64,000 nt of DNA, from assembly GCA_964490215.1 (NCBI GenBank), contig CAZBAM010000001.1:130962-194961 (forward strand), written 5' to 3'. The notes below the pieces were generated by a model. It was not told the DNA's origin, did not search any database, and saw nothing but the letters and a program-made list of their open reading frames with translations. Both the position numbers and the translations under genes were made by a program. This document shows positions 36,750 to 46,244 of the stretch, piece by piece. The stretch's first letter is position 1, and each line of letters opens with the position of its first letter. This DNA is from Candidatus Micrarchaeota archaeon. Lineage in GTDB: Archaea; Micrarchaeota; Micrarchaeia; Anstonellales; Bilamarchaeaceae.

Positions 36750-37739
36750 ATGGAAAACCCGCAGGGGGCGGGTTGGAACGAAACTGGAAACTGGGAGCAT
36801 GCCATGGTATTGTGTTTCATAGCGTTTTTCGTGTTCGCCGTAATGTCAATCTTCTCGGCGAAATACAGGCCGCTCGCAAAGGAGGGCTTCCGCTGCGTCT
36901 TCAGGACGCTGATGATGAAGCCATGCGACACCGGCCTGGACGAGAGGATAAAGGCCGACGTGGTGTCGGCGGTGCTCAAATACTCGCCGGCGCTGGCGAA
37001 GGTGATAAACGCGCACTTTGCGGCCCTGTCGTGGCTCTTCGTCATAATCACTGTGGCAAGCTTCACCTACACGGCCGTCGGCGTCTACAATTTCTACGTC
37101 TACGGCAACTGCGACGGCCCGCAGGCCATCGGCGCGTGCATACTCAACGACATCACCGGCGATTACGGCAGGTTCAGCGAGCCCACGGACCTCGTCCCGC
37201 CCATTGCCCTGGACGGCATGGCAGAGGGGAACGCCAGCGCCAACGTCACCATAATAGAGTTCGGCTGCTTCACATGCCCTTACACCAAGGAAGTTGAATC
37301 CACGATGAAAACGCTGCTGCAGAGGTACAACGGAACCATCTACTACGTGTTCAAGCCGTTCCCGCTGCCCAGCCACAACAACAGCTTTGACGACGCACGC
37401 GCCGTGCTGTGCGCCCACAGGCAGAACAGGTCGTGGGAGCTGCAGGACCTCATATTCAGGCACCAGACGGCGTGCATCGCAGGAGGCACGACGGACCTGA
37501 AGGCGCTTGCGCAGAGCGCCGGGCTTGACATGGCCGGGTTCAACAGGTGCTTTGACAACAACGAGACCGGCGCCGAGCTCGCGGTATACGTGCAGGAAGG
37601 CAAGGACGCGCACATATACGCCACGCCCACGTTCTTCATCAACGGAAAGCCGCTGGTGGGACCGAAGCCGCTGGTGGATTTTGAAAATGCAATAGTGGCT
37701 GCCGGGGGGCCTGCCGCGGCGCAGGGGGTTGGAGGATGA
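36750..37739 (+). CDS. membrane-anchored DsbA-like thiol:disulfide oxidoreductase (2 TM + thioredoxin fold with CFTCPYT)
   Basis: Two N-terminal TM helices, then FGCFTCPYT CxxC, then cis-Pro region TPTFFINGKP. N-glycosylation sequons suggest extracytoplasmic exposure. Confidence 0.6.
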   Translation: MENPQGAGWNETGNWEHAMVLCFIAFFVFAVMSIFSAKYRPLAKEGFRCVFRTLMMKPCDTGLDERIKADVVSAVLKYSPALAKVINAHFAALSWLFVIITVASFTYTAVGVYNFYVYGNCDGPQAIGACILNDITGDYGRFSEPTDLVPPIALDGMAEGNASANVTIIEFGCFTCPYTKEVESTMKTLLQRYNGTIYYVFKPFPLPSHNNSFDDARAVLCAHRQNRSWELQDLIFRHQTACIAGGTTDLKALAQSAGLDMAGFNRCFDNNETGAELAVYVQEGKDAHIYATPTFFINGKPLVGPKPLVDFENAIVAAGGPAAAQGVGG

Positions 37740-38929
37740 ACGGCATACGCAGGGATTTCCCGTTCCTGGCAGCGAACCCCGCGCTGGTATATCTTGACAG
37801 TGCATGCACATCGCTCAAGCCTGCGCAGGTCATTGATGCGGAGATGTCCTACTACCGGGAACTCGGCGCCTGCGGGGGAAGGAGCTCACACGCATCCGGA
37901 AGGAAGACGAGCGAGAGGACCGAGGAGGCGCGGGAGAAGGTCGCAGCGTTCGTCGGCGCGGACGCATCCGGCCTGGTGTGGATGAGGAACACCACCGAGG
38001 GCCTGAATACCGTGGCCCGCGGCCTTGACTACTCAAAAAGGAAGAAGGTTGTGACGAGCGTGATGGAGCACCACGCGGTCCTCCTGCCGCTCATGAAGCT
38101 CAGGGACAATGGGACGATAAGGCTTGAGATAGTAGGTTGCGAAAGCGACGGAACTGTAAGCGCGGGGAAATGGTCGCATGCCATAGACCGCGGGACGGCG
38201 CTCGTGGTCACGAACAACGGCACGAACACCACCGGATGGAAGGGCAACGCGCGGGAGGTGGCGAAAATCGCCCACGCGAACGGCGCGCTCGTGTGCATTG
38301 ACGGAGCGCAGGGCGTGCCGCACTCAAGGACGGACTTCAGGCGCGATAACTTTGATTTCCTGTGCTTCTCAGGCCACAAGATGCTCGGCCCGACCGGCAT
38401 CGGCGCGCTTGTCGCGAAAAAAGAGCTGCTTGACGGGCTGGAGCCGCTCATGACCGGCGGCGGCACAGTGAAGGCGGTCAGCGGCGGTAAGATAGACCCC
38501 ATGGACGACCAGACGAGGTTTGAGGCCGGCGTGCAGCACTACAGCGGCATCCTCGGCCTCGCAGAGGCGTGCGATTACCTCAAAAAAATCGGCATGGACA
38601 AGGTGGAAGCGCACGAAAAGGCGCTCGCAGCCGCGTTGCGCAGGGAACTGGAGGCCGCGGGCGCGGTCGTTTACGGCCCGCCTGACGCAGCAGGGCACAG
38701 CGCGCTCTACTCGTTCAACCTGAAGGGGGGGAAGGCGCACGACGTGGCGCTCATGCTTGACAAATATAACATCGCGGTCCGCAGCGGGTTCTTCTGCGCG
38801 CAGCCCGGCGTTGAGGCCATGGGGGCGAAGGAAGGCGCGGTGCGTGCGAGCTGCTACGTCTACAACACGGCTGACGAAGTGAAAAGATTCGGCGAGGCGC
38901 TCCGGAAGCTGAAGCAGCTTTACGGCTGA
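37736..38929 (+). CDS. cysteine desulfurase (class V aminotransferase, SufS/CsdA-like)
   Basis: FSGHKMLGPTGIGAL PLP-Lys block and HHAVLLP; 397 aa; overlaps the upstream gene by 4 nt. Confidence 0.8.
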   Translation: MNGIRRDFPFLAANPALVYLDSACTSLKPAQVIDAEMSYYRELGACGGRSSHASGRKTSERTEEAREKVAAFVGADASGLVWMRNTTEGLNTVARGLDYSKRKKVVTSVMEHHAVLLPLMKLRDNGTIRLEIVGCESDGTVSAGKWSHAIDRGTALVVTNNGTNTTGWKGNAREVAKIAHANGALVCIDGAQGVPHSRTDFRRDNFDFLCFSGHKMLGPTGIGALVAKKELLDGLEPLMTGGGTVKAVSGGKIDPMDDQTRFEAGVQHYSGILGLAEACDYLKKIGMDKVEAHEKALAAALRRELEAAGAVVYGPPDAAGHSALYSFNLKGGKAHDVALMLDKYNIAVRSGFFCAQPGVEAMGAKEGAVRASCYVYNTADEVKRFGEALRKLKQLYG

Positions 38930-39319
38930 CCATCGGCGGGTGCCATGAAAAATCAGTGGAAGGTGTGTCTGTTACATCCAATTTGTGCCTAAAATTACAG
39001 TGAATCTGCCAGCTTTTGACACGGAAAACAGGAAAGGTTAATAATCTTGCGATTCCATTATCTTGTCCCTCTGATGGATTCTGACGAGGATATTTCGGTT
39101 GTCCTGAAAAGGATGCGTCTATAGCGGCCTCTGGCGGGCAGTCAGCCATTGGTGTGGTGTCTGGACTATAACTCACTACACGAAACTCATGCCTGCGCAT
39201 GCTTGTCTATGGCACGAAGTAGATATCTAAAACGAGCGGATGGGTTAAGCTTGATATCTGCAATCGTTTGAAATTCTTCTTCACCGAGTCCAGAAGTCAG
39301 AATCCAGATGGTGACCAAA

Positions 39320-39469
39320 ATGGCAAAAAAGAAAGCAAAGGCCAAGCCGAAGGCAAAAACGGCAAGGAAAAAAATCAGGGCGAAGCGCCCCAAGGGACGC
39401 GGGCCCAGCAACAAGAGCAAGATGTCCAAAGTGAGGAAGCTCATGAGGCTGGCTAAGAAGAAGCACTGA
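39320..39469 (+). CDS. very basic 49-aa protein (MAKKKAKAKPKAKTARKKIRAKRPKGRGPSNKSKMSKVRKLMRLAKKKH)
   Basis: Not in the ORF track (<60 aa). GGTGA RBS ~8 nt upstream and T-rich terminator-like stretch downstream (39470-39500). Confidence 0.35.
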   Translation: MAKKKAKAKPKAKTARKKIRAKRPKGRGPSNKSKMSKVRKLMRLAKKKH

Positions 39470-39618
39470 TTCTTTCAGTTTTCGTCCTCTTTCCGTTTCC
39501 GCCTTGTAAGGGCGGCAAGTTAATGTTTTTGAACGCGAATACCCACTGGCAGGGCTGCCGGGAGAACTGCGGGGGAAGATTCATGGGCCCAGGAGTGGAA
39601 CGAGGCAGGCTGGTTTCG

Positions 39619-39996
39619 TCACTTCTTCACCAGCACTGAGGCCCCGCCCACGATTTTGAGCGTGAATTCCAGCTCGCCGCCTTTCTCCTTGTAACTGACG
39701 TCGGTGGCAGCGAACCGGGATTCTTTCCAGACCGAAGGGTCGTACTTGACCAGCGCGGCAGTCAGCTTGTCCACGATCCGGTCCAGCAGGTATTGTTTCT
39801 CGTCGGGGCGCACGTTGAACAGCTTGAAACTGCGGGACTGGCCTGAAAAGAAATCCGTGAGCCCCAGGCGGTCAGCGCTGATGCCGACGGGCAGTATGGG
39901 CTGGTAGCGGGGGGTGTCAAGGGAGCTGAACACCAGGTTCGCTGCCCTGAGCGCCTCGTCCTTAATGTCCTGTGCATTTTTTTGTGCCATTGCCAT
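39619..39996 (-). CDS. hypothetical protein
   Basis: 125-aa ORF with protein-like composition. Confidence 0.4.
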   Translation of the reverse strand: MAMAQKNAQDIKDEALRAANLVFSSLDTPRYQPILPVGISADRLGLTDFFSGQSRSFKLFNVRPDEKQYLLDRIVDKLTAALVKYDPSVWKESRFAATDVSYKEKGGELEFTLKIVGGASVLVKK

Positions 39997-40195
39997 GCGA
40001 TCACGTGCATTCAGGATGGATGGAAGGAAGGAAAAAGCTTACGGCCTGGCCTCCTTCCTGCGACATCATGCCTCCGGCCTCGTATGGACAACTTCATCCA
40101 CGGTGGCCCGCCAACGGCGCAGGGCAAATTATTTAATCCTGTGCCCCGAAAGTTGTGGAGAGAGGATACGATTTAAGAAAAAACGGTGATGTAAC

Positions 40196-41413
40196 ATGGG
40201 GAGAGTTCTTATCGTAGGAGCAGGAGGAGTAGGCAACGTCGTCGCGAAAAAGTGCGCGCAGATTCCTGAGGTTTTCAGCGACATCATGCTCGCGAGCAGG
40301 AGCCTGGACAAACCCCGAAAAATCCAGGAGGAGATACGGAAGAGATACAACAGGGAGATAAAGGTAGCGCAGGTTGACGCTGACAACGTCCCGGAGCTCG
40401 TCAGGCTCATACGCGGGTTCAAGCCTGACGTGGTGATAAACGTCGCGCTTCCCTACCAGGACCTGGCCATAATGGACGCGTGCCTGGAAAGCGGGGTGCA
40501 CTACATAGACACCGCCAACTACGAGCCGCCCGACGAGGCGAGGTTTGAATACAGCTGGCAATGGGCGTACCAGGACAGATTCCGTAAGAAGGGGATAATG
40601 GCGATCCTCGGGTGCGGATTTGACCCGGGCGTTTCCAACGTATATTGCGCCTATGCGCAAAAGCACATTTTTGACGAGATAAAGACCATAGACATCGTGG
40701 ACTGCAACGCAGGCAGCCACGGAAAGGGCTTTGCGACAAACTTCAATCCGGAGATCAACCTCAGGGAGTTCCTGCACAACGGAAAATACTGGAAAAACGG
40801 GAAATGGGTGGAAACGCCGCCGATCCTGAGCACAGAGTGCGTGCATTTCGCTTTCAATTATCCGGTCGCCGGCCCGAAGGAGAGCTTCCTCATCTGGCAC
40901 GAGGAGATGGAATCGCTCGTGAAGAACATAAAGGGGCTTGAGAGGATAAGGTTCTGGATGACATTTTCCGAAAACTACCTGACCCACTTCCGCGTCCTGC
41001 ACAACGTGGGGCTCACCAGGATAGACGAGGTTGATTACAACGGATGCAAGGTCGTCCCGATAAAGTTCCTGAAATCGCTTCTCCCGGACCCGGGCACGCT
41101 CGGAACGAACTACACCGGGAAAACCGTAATCGGGTGCGTCTTTGACGGGGTGAAGGGCGGGAAGAGAAAGAAGGTTTTCATCTACAACGTATGCGACCAT
41201 GCCGAGACCTACAAGGAAGTGCAGTCCCAGGCGGTTTCCTACACCGCCGGCGTGCCTCCTGTCCTCGCAGCGATGCTCGTGATAAAAGGGATATGGAAAG
41301 GCACCGGAGTCCTCAACGTGGAGCAGCTTGACCCTGACCCGATGATGGAGGCCCTGGACAAATACGGGCTTCCTTCGCTAAAAGTTGATTTCAAGGGCGA
41401 GATGCCGCAGTGA
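40196..41413 (+). CDS. carboxynorspermidine/carboxyspermidine dehydrogenase (saccharopine dehydrogenase family)
   Basis: LIVGAGGVGNVVAKKCAQ, GFDPGVSNVY, NAGSHGKGFATNFNPEIN blocks match CANSDH. Confidence 0.85.
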   Translation: MGRVLIVGAGGVGNVVAKKCAQIPEVFSDIMLASRSLDKPRKIQEEIRKRYNREIKVAQVDADNVPELVRLIRGFKPDVVINVALPYQDLAIMDACLESGVHYIDTANYEPPDEARFEYSWQWAYQDRFRKKGIMAILGCGFDPGVSNVYCAYAQKHIFDEIKTIDIVDCNAGSHGKGFATNFNPEINLREFLHNGKYWKNGKWVETPPILSTECVHFAFNYPVAGPKESFLIWHEEMESLVKNIKGLERIRFWMTFSENYLTHFRVLHNVGLTRIDEVDYNGCKVVPIKFLKSLLPDPGTLGTNYTGKTVIGCVFDGVKGGKRKKVFIYNVCDHAETYKEVQSQAVSYTAGVPPVLAAMLVIKGIWKGTGVLNVEQLDPDPMMEALDKYGLPSLKVDFKGEMPQ

Positions 41414-42630
41414 CTCCCATGGGCGAAACGTGCGGCTGCCAGGACATGCGGGAGATTTACAGGCAGGCGCTATCAGATTTTCCGAAAGAGGCCACGGGCA
41501 AGGTGCGGACGCCATGCTACATAGTCAGCACCGGCGCAATCAGGCGGAACCTGGAAATCCTGGACTCGGTGCAGAAGCGCACCGGCGCGAAGATACTCCT
41601 CGCCCTCAAGGCATACGCGATGTGGAGCACGTTCCCGCTCATCCGGAGATACCTGCACGGGGTTTGCGCAAGCGGGCCGATTGAGGCGAGGCTGGGCCGC
41701 GAGGAATTCGGCCGCGAAGTGCACACCTTCGCCCCTGCGTATTCCGAAGAGGACATGAAGAAGGTCATTGGATATTCGGACCACATAGTCTTCAATTCCG
41801 TTTACCAGTGGAAAAAATACCGTGGCATGATAAGGGAGGCCAATGAGGGCGGGAAAAAGATAGAGGTCGGCCTGCGGGTGAATCCAGGGCACTCAGAAGT
41901 TGAAGTAGAGCTGTACAATCCGGCCGGCAAGGGCTCAAGGCTCGGCATTCGCGCTGAAGACCTGGAAGGCGAGGACCTGGACGGAATCTCGGGCCTGCAC
42001 TTCCACGCGATGTGCGAGCAGGACTCTGACGTGCTGGTGCGCGTCCTGAAGTCTTTTGAAAAAAGATTCGGAAAATACGTCAGGCGGATGAAATGGGTGA
42101 ATTTCGGGGGAGGACACCACATGACAAAGAGCGGCTATGACGTGGGACTGCTCTGCGAAACCATCACCGGTTTCAGGAAAAGATACGGGGTTGAGGTCTA
42201 CCTGGAACCAGGGGAGGCGGTCGTGCTCAATGCAGGGGTGCTGGTCGCAAGCGTGCTGGACATCGTGAAAAACGGCGTTGAAATAGCGATATTGGACACG
42301 TCAGCCGAAACGCACATGCCGGACGTGCTGGCGATGCCCTATCGCCCGAACGTGATTGGGGCCGGAAAGCCGGGCGAATTCAGGCACACCTACCGGCTGG
42401 GCGGGATTTCCTGCCTCGCCGGGGACGTCATAGGGGATTACTCGTTCAGGTCGCCGCTCAAGCGCGGCGACAGGCTCGTGTTCCTGGACATGGCCCTTTA
42501 CTCGTTCGTGAAAAACACCACGTTCAACGGCATAGCGCTGCCCTCGCTGGCGCTTTACGACCCTGAAGGCGGGAAGCTCCGCGTTGTGAGAAAATTCGGA
42601 TATGCTGATTACAAGGCCAGGCTGTCTTAA
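41410..42630 (+). CDS. nspC: carboxynorspermidine decarboxylase
   Basis: PCYIVSTGAIRRNLEIL...ALKAY (Orn/DAP/Arg decarboxylase family 2 fold) and EPGEA block; coupled to the upstream dehydrogenase. Confidence 0.85.
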   Translation: MTPMGETCGCQDMREIYRQALSDFPKEATGKVRTPCYIVSTGAIRRNLEILDSVQKRTGAKILLALKAYAMWSTFPLIRRYLHGVCASGPIEARLGREEFGREVHTFAPAYSEEDMKKVIGYSDHIVFNSVYQWKKYRGMIREANEGGKKIEVGLRVNPGHSEVEVELYNPAGKGSRLGIRAEDLEGEDLDGISGLHFHAMCEQDSDVLVRVLKSFEKRFGKYVRRMKWVNFGGGHHMTKSGYDVGLLCETITGFRKRYGVEVYLEPGEAVVLNAGVLVASVLDIVKNGVEIAILDTSAETHMPDVLAMPYRPNVIGAGKPGEFRHTYRLGGISCLAGDVIGDYSFRSPLKRGDRLVFLDMALYSFVKNTTFNGIALPSLALYDPEGGKLRVVRKFGYADYKARLS

Positions 42631-42643
42631 TTAGGGAAAAAAG

Positions 42644-42716
42644 GGCCACGGCCGAGAATCGAACTCGGGCCTAGAGGGCCACAGCCACTCACGCTACCAT
42701 TACGCCACCGTGGCCA
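42644..42716 (-). tRNA. tRNA-His (anticodon GUG) with genomically encoded G-1
   Basis: Minus-strand read GGCCACGG...CCGAGTTCGATTCTCGGCCGTGGCC-C. T-arm CCGAG/TTCGATT/CTCGG, anticodon loop CTGTGGC (GUG), extra 5' G pairing with discriminator C. Confidence 0.8.
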
Positions 42717-42796
42717 TCAAACTTTTTAGGAAAAAGTTTGATCAAAAACTGATTGTTAACTTTTTCCTTTTGGCTGTGCCCGGATAAAACTTGCGC

Positions 42797-43741
42797 TCAA
42801 CTGTTTAAAATTGCTTGTTTCCTCGCAGCGAGCACCCGCGAGCCGTCGCCGGTGAAGAATTCCACGTCCTTAGCGCCGCTACGCTCCACGAATTCAACGA
42901 GGTCGCCGAAGTCAGCATGGTCGCTTAATGGAAACGAGGCGTCGGCGTCAAAGCGGTGGCGGAGCGCCCAGCCGGTGGCCACAGCGCACAGCGTGTCGCG
43001 GCCGAACGCCTGCGCGAGCCGGTGCGCGAAATGGCGCTTTGCCTTCGCCATCGGAAGCAGGGCCACGAAGCGGCGGGACATCGCCCCCTCGGCCTCCTCT
43101 GTTCCAACAACGATGCGGTCAAGCTTCACGCCGTATTTCCCGTAGACTGCTGAGAATGAGTCCGTCTTCTGCGTGACTATGGGCGCGATGCCTGCCTCGT
43201 TCAGTATCCTCACGAGCTCCTGTGCCTTGCCGAGCTCGTAGCAGCCGATGAGGAGGTTGGACGAGTCGTTCCTTTTCACCCAGCCGGATATCATGCCGTG
43301 TATTTCCGCGCGGGAAGGGAAGGCATAGGACGGGTCGCCGTAGGTGGCTTCCATTATCAGCCGGTCGCACTGCGGGATTTCGGCCTTCCAGCCGAAGACG
43401 TTCGGTTTGAGCGAGAAGTCGCCGGTGTATGCGGTGCGCAGGCCGTCGCCGTCAACGAGCAGTTGCCGCGAGCCGAGGATGTGGCCTGCGTCAAGCAGTT
43501 TCGCACCCGGGCACGACGCAGGCTCCGGGGCAAAGCCAGCCAGTTCGAGTGTCTCCGGGCTGGCGATGATTCTTTTCTGCCTCTTCAGGCCGGCGGCATG
43601 GTCAGAATGCGCATGCGAAAGGAACGGCAGGTCGCCGCCGGCATGGTCAAGGCTTATCGTGAGGCCGCCGCATGGGATGTGCATGCGGGAAAATGGCGCA
43701 GAAAGAATATAATGGTTGTTAGAAAAGCTGCCGGTCGTCAT
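42797..43741 (-). CDS. metallo-beta-lactamase-fold hydrolase
   Basis: HxHxDH motif LSHAHSDHAAG plus downstream His/Asp blocks. Confidence 0.6.
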   Translation of the reverse strand: MTTGSFSNNHYILSAPFSRMHIPCGGLTISLDHAGGDLPFLSHAHSDHAAGLKRQKRIIASPETLELAGFAPEPASCPGAKLLDAGHILGSRQLLVDGDGLRTAYTGDFSLKPNVFGWKAEIPQCDRLIMEATYGDPSYAFPSRAEIHGMISGWVKRNDSSNLLIGCYELGKAQELVRILNEAGIAPIVTQKTDSFSAVYGKYGVKLDRIVVGTEEAEGAMSRRFVALLPMAKAKRHFAHRLAQAFGRDTLCAVATGWALRHRFDADASFPLSDHADFGDLVEFVERSGAKDVEFFTGDGSRVLAARKQAILNS

Positions 43742-44414
43742 CTTCCCGGTACTCGTAGGCGAGGACGGCGCGGATTATTTTCGCGCGCTTCCTGCCGACG
43801 CCTGGAACGTCCGCCAGCTCGCGCTCGGACGCATGGACGAGCGCGTCCACGCTGCCGAAATGCGCGAGCAGCGCCTTTGCGCTTTTCGGGCCTACCATGG
43901 GCAGCGCCTCGACGATTGAGCGGGCGGTCTGCGACGGGGTGAACGTCTTCCTCTTGGCGTATATGCGCATGGGCAGGCCCTTGCCGAGCTGCTCGTGCTT
44001 CGCGAAATTGAACACGAGCTCTGCGGTCCCTTCCATGCCATCGGTGAAAATCAGGGAGGCGCCATAGTCGGCGACGATGGCCGCGTATGCCCCGAGAAGC
44101 GAGGGGCGCGCCAGCCGTTCCCCGTCGCCAGTGCCCTCCACGACCACCACGACACGCCCGTAGTTCGCCAGCAGGTTGGGCATCTGGGTGAAAAGCCTGC
44201 CGTCCATCACTGACTGCTCAAAGTCAGCGCGCGTCTTCCGCTCTACGGCAAGGCGCGAGGAGCACAGGAAATCGCCCACGCTGAGCACGCGCCGCTCAAC
44301 GTCAGCGCCCAACGCCCTGAGCAGTCCGTCAAACTTTTCGTCCTCGCGGTGGTCTATGGCGATGCGGACCCTGCCGTCCGGGGATTTCTCCAGGAACTGC
44401 TGCAAGCGGATCAC
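43719..44414 (-). CDS. short XPF-type nuclease (ERCC4 domain + (HhH)2)
   Basis: GDFLCSSRLAVERKTRADF (ERK nuclease motif) and C-terminal tandem HhH LPMVGPKSAKALL...DVPGVGRKRAKII. Confidence 0.8.
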   Translation of the reverse strand: MIRLQQFLEKSPDGRVRIAIDHREDEKFDGLLRALGADVERRVLSVGDFLCSSRLAVERKTRADFEQSVMDGRLFTQMPNLLANYGRVVVVVEGTGDGERLARPSLLGAYAAIVADYGASLIFTDGMEGTAELVFNFAKHEQLGKGLPMRIYAKRKTFTPSQTARSIVEALPMVGPKSAKALLAHFGSVDALVHASERELADVPGVGRKRAKIIRAVLAYEYREDDDRQLF

Positions 44415-45109
44415 CCCTGCTGCTGCGCCGTTGCCATGTAGGCGTTTATCTCGTCGTAGCTGATGGCGCAGCCAGAATACTTCATCTTGTAGAGCGCGGC
44501 TTCCAGCGCGTCCCTCTGCAGCTTCTTGAAATTCCTGAAATAGCCCTTCTCGTGGGCGAGCATCACCAGCTCGCTGGAGCGTATGACGCGCAGGGGCGCT
44601 ATCTCCGACGTCAGGAACTTGAGGTTGTCCTTGTTCACCATGATGTTGACGCTGAACTCCTGCTCCAGGTGCTCCTTCAGCTTCAGCGGCGCCTCAATCA
44701 GCATCCGCGTCGTCCGCTCGTCCATGAGTATGTATTCCACGCCAAGCGCCTTCGCCAGGGCGAGCATCTCGGACTCGCCTTCCTGTATCAGGCGCAGTGG
44801 GGTGCCGCGGGCGAAGAACATGCTGTTGGCTGCGTTCATGTATTTCCTTGACTGGTCGCCGACGTTCGCGTCCACCTTCACGACCACGCCGTCCTCTATG
44901 GCGTTCTTTATGCGGATGGCCGAGAAAAGGTATTTGCGCAGGTTGGATTCCAGCGGCCGCAGCACGGACTCGCGCTCCACGGACGGCGGGATGATGAAGC
45001 GGACGTGGTAGTTCTCGTGGAAGTAATACAGCAGGTGGTCCAGGCACGCCGCAGTGAGCGATATGAGCGCACCGGAATCGCAGAGTATGTCGCGCGTTTT
45101 CATGGCCAT
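44411..45109 (-). CDS. hypothetical protein, possibly PIN-like
   Basis: N-terminus ILCDSGALISL reminiscent of PIN strand 1. Low confidence. Confidence 0.3.
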   Translation of the reverse strand: MAMKTRDILCDSGALISLTAACLDHLLYYFHENYHVRFIIPPSVERESVLRPLESNLRKYLFSAIRIKNAIEDGVVVKVDANVGDQSRKYMNAANSMFFARGTPLRLIQEGESEMLALAKALGVEYILMDERTTRMLIEAPLKLKEHLEQEFSVNIMVNKDNLKFLTSEIAPLRVIRSSELVMLAHEKGYFRNFKKLQRDALEAALYKMKYSGCAISYDEINAYMATAQQQG

Positions 45110-45115
45110 CCCGTG

Positions 45116-45664
45116 TCATTCTTCTATGAGCTTCCTCGCGAATTTCATCCGCTCTGCTATCGGCTTCTCCTCCTTCAGGCGGTCAAACATCATGGTCTCG
45201 CCGGCGTAGTCCAGTATCTCCTGCTTCTCCATGCCGGTCATTTCCGAGGCCACGCCGAGGCTCATCCCCTGGGCGTAGAGCGTGGCGGCCATCTTGAGCT
45301 TGCCCTTGGTGACCAGGTCCACCACGAAGCGGGGGTCGCGCTGCTCCAGCGCGGCTATGGAGCGCTCCAGGAAGGAAAACGTGGCGAGGACTTCCTCGTC
45401 AGGCGCCGAGCCTGCGGAGTCGGCTATGCGCTGGAGCGCGTGCTCTATGTCCTGCATCAGGGCGTCGTATTCCCTCCTGAGGAAGCGGGGCTTTGAGACG
45501 ATTTTGGAGAGCACGTAGGAGAAGATGGCCATGTTGAAATAGAGCGGGGTGAAATTCAGCGATGCGGCCCTGAGTATGGCGTCGTTGAGCTTCCTGAGCT
45601 TGCGCTGGTTGTGTTTCCTGAAGGCTGAGAGGACCTCGGATGCAAGTTCTTTCAGTGCTTTCAC
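45116..45664 (-). CDS. hypothetical helical protein
   Basis: ORF only. Confidence 0.4.
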   Translation of the reverse strand: MKALKELASEVLSAFRKHNQRKLRKLNDAILRAASLNFTPLYFNMAIFSYVLSKIVSKPRFLRREYDALMQDIEHALQRIADSAGSAPDEEVLATFSFLERSIAALEQRDPRFVVDLVTKGKLKMAATLYAQGMSLGVASEMTGMEKQEILDYAGETMMFDRLKEEKPIAERMKFARKLIEE

Positions 45665-45811
45665 GTCGGCACCAGTTGGGTAACAAGGGCAATCCGGCTG
45701 AAGGACTGACTTTGTTTAGGGAAACGATAGGTTTAAGAATATATCATGATTATGTCATGATAGTTGCGTGATTTCATCGCAACGATGCATACCAAGCAAC
45801 GTGGTGGTTTC

Positions 45812-46231
45812 ATGGACGACAAGCAATATAAACCTGCTGACAACGCGTTCGCACACGAAATCCAGAAAGACCTTGAAACTAACATGGCGAAGTTCAGGGA
45901 CCCCGTGGTCCTGGGGGAGCTGGTATACCGGCTTCTTGAGGAACGGGAGAACACGAACCGCCTGCTCAAGAACATACTGGCGAAACTGGACGTCCTCCAA
46001 GCGAGGGGAAACACTGTGCAAAACCCGTTGACCGCTCCGCTGCTGCCCGAAGTGGATGAGGGAATAATGGCCTTCATCCGCGAGAAAGGCAGGTGCACAG
46101 CAGAAGACGTGCGGGCGAAATTCGGTTACAAAGGCAAAAACGCTGCATGCGCAAGGCTCAACCGCCTCTGCGACATGAACCTGCTGCAGAAGGCGCAGGT
46201 GGGGAAGAAGGTATTCTTCTTTCCCGTATGA
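45812..46231 (+). CDS. winged-helix transcriptional regulator
   Basis: C-terminal wHTH GIMAFIREKGRCTAEDVRAKFGYKGKNAACARLNRLCDMNLL. Confidence 0.5.
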   Translation: MDDKQYKPADNAFAHEIQKDLETNMAKFRDPVVLGELVYRLLEERENTNRLLKNILAKLDVLQARGNTVQNPLTAPLLPEVDEGIMAFIREKGRCTAEDVRAKFGYKGKNAACARLNRLCDMNLLQKAQVGKKVFFFPV

Positions 46232-46244
46232 ATACTGATGGCAA

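Noticed and set aside
36746-37297. Reading 36750..37739 as a VKOR-DsbA fusion
   Set aside because: Only two TM helices and no VKOR CxxC in a 4-helix bundle are visible; called as a membrane-anchored DsbA-like protein instead.
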